Source of the DNA: a virus
Lineage: Duplodnaviria > Caudoviricetes
IMG/VR virus record: IMGVR_UViG_3300020045_009151
Span: 1-25,182 of that record
Reading direction: 5' to 3' (one strand)
DNA length: 25,182 nucleotides
Below are positions 22,616 through 25,182 of this stretch, in pieces; position 1 is the stretch's first letter, and each line of letters starts with the position of its first letter. The notes under the pieces are model-generated. The model was not told the origin of the DNA and searched no databases. It saw only the letters and a list, made by a program, of their open reading frames with translations. The position numbers and the translations under genes were made by a program.

Positions 22616-24997
22616 TTAAGACCTCCATGCCGAGACGGCGCGCAGAACACTGGCCGCCATACGATTTCCAAAATATGCTTCTGCTGTGTCGTCCACCGGA
22701 TGCGCGCCATCGGGGCCGATATAAATGTCACCATTGCCCGAGCCGGTAGGCGCAGATGTTGTGCCTGTTCCGGTTAACCAAGGATCGCTGCCGGTCGGGC
22801 CGTTGTTGACCCACAGAATAGCCGGATCATTCAGCGACTGCACCGCAAGGCCCATAGCCGTATAGCGGGTGGCGGGTGTCTGGGCGGCATTCACAAACTG
22901 CGGGCCACAAACCACGATCACCGCATTCTGCTGCTGCTGGCGCAGTGTGCGCAGGGCTTGGCCCATGCTTGCGCAAACATCGGTGTCCGACCAAGCGCTA
23001 TCGTTAATGGAGCCAAAGAACGCGATTAGATCAAGATTGCCCGCCAACGCAGGGGCAAGGTCGCCCCGCTGGATACGGTCAAGCCAGTTTCCATAGCTGC
23101 CATTGGCCCGACACCAGCCTGTTGCTGGGACACCAGAAATCCACGGATTTTCGACACCCAGAGCATCGGCCATCGCCTGACCAAGTGCAGATTTTACGCC
23201 CGAATAGGCGGTGCCGGAAGAATGCAGACCATAAGTCCAGCTATCCCCGAATACCGCCGTGCGAGGCGAAGCGCTTGGCGCTTTCCAAATGCTGTCATTC
23301 GGCCCGTAGTTGATGCAAGTCAGCGCAACCGCCGAACCGATATAGACCTCTATCAAACGCCGCCCACGCGAACCGAAGTCAATTTTATAAAACTTCGTGG
23401 TGTTATAGGTCAGAGCATAATCAGCCGACGCGGTGAAATAACGCTGGCCCGTGGCAAGGTCAGTTACGCGGATGCGCATTTTGTTCGCGTTGCTGTCCGT
23501 GCTTCCCACCGTGGAAACGCCAAAGTCGATTGTTTGCCCGTCAAAGCCGAGGCGAATACCCGCACCGCTATTCGGACGGCGCACGTTATCAGTGCCGATC
23601 AGCGTCTTGCTTGACCAGCCCGCTACGCCATCATTGACCAGCGCGCCAGTGACAGCTTCAATCCGAGCGTCATTGATTTGCGCAGAAGCCGCGCCACCCC
23701 CACCGATGCCGGTTGAAGTGTTAAATGCCGTGGTGCAGCTAGTGTTGATTGTGGAATTTGCGCCAGCCGTTCCAACAGTGACGGGATCAGAACCAGCAAT
23801 AGTCGTGACAATGGGGCGCTGGGCTGAACGAATAATGCGATCAGCAGACCGGCGCTGTTTAGTCACAGCCGGTTCAGGGATAAACATCGGGGCGGCCAAA
23901 GCGCCCGTGCTGTCCAGAATATCGCTAACGAACCCATCCGCGTCCACGCGCGAAAGAATGCCGGTTGAGCCAAAAAGTGCAGCGGTGGTGAGTAGCCACG
24001 ATTTCAGTTTGACGGTATCGGGCGCAATGCCGCCAAATACAAAGCCATCCACATCCGTTAGGCTCAAGCTATAAGGCGTTGCGCCGCTACCTTGAAAGAT
24101 GATGGATTGAATTAGAGCGTTATACGCTGATAATGGCATGGTGGATTGGCCAAGGCCAAACGGTGCAGTTGCCAGCGACCCCGCATTATTCCCCCACGCG
24201 CCCACCGAAAGCCCGTCAGCCGTGGGGGCACTAAACACATCATTGACGCCAATCGTGCCAGTGGTGGCCGTGGGGGCCGTTGCGCCGGTTAGGCCGGTGA
24301 TCGTGGGCAGGGTGTAGGTCGGAGCCGTGGCGCTGGTCGAGATACCGCGATCGCCGATGCGAACGCCGGTTTGAGTGCCCCCCGCAATCGTCACAAATGC
24401 CGTATGCCCAATCGGCCCGCCCGCGACAGTGAGAGCAAATTCGCCCGATACGCTTGCGCCCGTGCCAGCAGTGCCGAGGGTAATGGTCTTGACCTCGTAG
24501 GGCAGGGCGCTTGGTGTGGTAGCAAGGACGCGCTGGAAGGCAGCGGCAATGGCGGCAGCGCTGGCGGAATTGGCGGCGTTAGTTGCAGAAGAATTAGCAG
24601 AACTTGCAAGCAACGTTACTTCTTCAACATATGGAATAATTGCAGCATCAGCGGCGGCGGTGGCTGCGGATTCAGCTTCTTGCACCGCAAATTCGGTAAC
24701 TGATACAACATTTAAATCGCGCGTTACGATAGCGCCATTAACATCTGTTATAAGAATTGAAAATGACCCTTCGGACGGATAGAAATTAGAAGCCGCCCCC
24801 TGATAAGTAGGATAGCCCGAGACAGTCCGCAAAGGCTGCGCCCATGCAATCGTATTGGCAGCGTCCTGATAGACGACAATCGGATTGGTGCGGGGATCTA
24901 GCCCAGCAGTGCCGATGTAGATCTTGCCGCCGTCAAGCGCAGTGCCGCTAGTGTCGGTGAAGTAAGGATAAGGGGTAATGGCCGCTTGCTTCGTCAT
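22616..24997 (-). CDS. tailspike: P22-like head-binding domain + C-terminal SGNH/GDSL esterase
   Basis: N-terminal PYPYFTD..G..LDGGKIYIG...DP..NPI.VY...QPLRT; SGNH blocks VFGDSW, ATG, GSIND, DGAHP. Confidence 0.88.
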   Translation of the reverse strand: MTKQAAITPYPYFTDTSGTALDGGKIYIGTAGLDPRTNPIVVYQDAANTIAWAQPLRTVSGYPTYQGAASNFYPSEGSFSILITDVNGAIVTRDLNVVSVTEFAVQEAESAATAAADAAIIPYVEEVTLLASSANSSATNAANSASAAAIAAAFQRVLATTPSALPYEVKTITLGTAGTGASVSGEFALTVAGGPIGHTAFVTIAGGTQTGVRIGDRGISTSATAPTYTLPTITGLTGATAPTATTGTIGVNDVFSAPTADGLSVGAWGNNAGSLATAPFGLGQSTMPLSAYNALIQSIIFQGSGATPYSLSLTDVDGFVFGGIAPDTVKLKSWLLTTAALFGSTGILSRVDADGFVSDILDSTGALAAPMFIPEPAVTKQRRSADRIIRSAQRPIVTTIAGSDPVTVGTAGANSTINTSCTTAFNTSTGIGGGGAASAQINDARIEAVTGALVNDGVAGWSSKTLIGTDNVRRPNSGAGIRLGFDGQTIDFGVSTVGSTDSNANKMRIRVTDLATGQRYFTASADYALTYNTTKFYKIDFGSRGRRLIEVYIGSAVALTCINYGPNDSIWKAPSASPRTAVFGDSWTYGLHSSGTAYSGVKSALGQAMADALGVENPWISGVPATGWCRANGSYGNWLDRIQRGDLAPALAGNLDLIAFFGSINDSAWSDTDVCASMGQALRTLRQQQQNAVIVVCGPQFVNAAQTPATRYTAMGLAVQSLNDPAILWVNNGPTGSDPWLTGTGTTSAPTGSGNGDIYIGPDGAHPVDDTAEAYFGNRMAASVLRAVSAWRS

Positions 24998-25006
24998 GTC
25001 ATTTCC

Positions 25007-25182
25007 TTAATCCAAAAGCCGCTTTACTTCTTTACGCAATTCGCGGTTTTTTGCAAATTTAAATACTTCTTTCAAGACAATAGACTTGCCGCCTGTTGCC
25101 GCGCCACCAATCAAATCAAACATATTGCCAAGGGCAGCGCTAGTGCCAGATGAATTGACAGAACCAACCGGAGCCGTTGCAG
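25007..25182 (-). CDS. 3' end of a probable DNA ejection/transfer protein (partial)
   Basis: Open frame ...TAPVGSVNSSGTSAAL...KEVKRLLD*; position just upstream of the tailspike matches P22-like gene order. Confidence 0.55.
   Translation of the reverse strand, partial: ATAPVGSVNSSGTSAALGNMFDLIGGAATGGKSIVLKEVFKFAKNRELRKEVKRLLD

Overview
A 25-kb segment of a tailed dsDNA phage with a P22-like podovirus virion module. The host is probably an alphaproteobacterium, possibly a sphingomonad (inference only). Left end, minus strand: partial P22-type portal, terL, terS, two small genes, a putative iteron origin, a CHC2-TOPRIM-DUF3987 primase/helicase and a small HTH gene. Plus strand: Sak4-like recombinase, SSB, YqaJ exonuclease, an AT-rich GIY-YIG homing endonuclease with a structured 5' leader, a RadD-like helicase and a VRR-NUC nuclease. 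Next, on the minus strand, are a DnaA-domain-IV protein, a DNA methyltransferase and a Cro-like gene. A divergent promoter/operator region with no CI gene then leads into about 20 small, tightly coupled plus-strand early genes. Right end, minus strand: the end of a probable ejection protein, an SGNH-esterase tailspike, a lectin-like tail protein and an unusual pre-lysis cassette (44-aa ORF, 26-aa Pro-Thr peptide, multi-pass membrane protein, single-TM two-Cys protein). The lysis genes follow: M15 endolysin, holin and embedded Rz/Rz1 spanins. I recognised no integrase, CI repressor, tRNA or CRISPR array. All family calls come from motif recognition by eye, not database searches.
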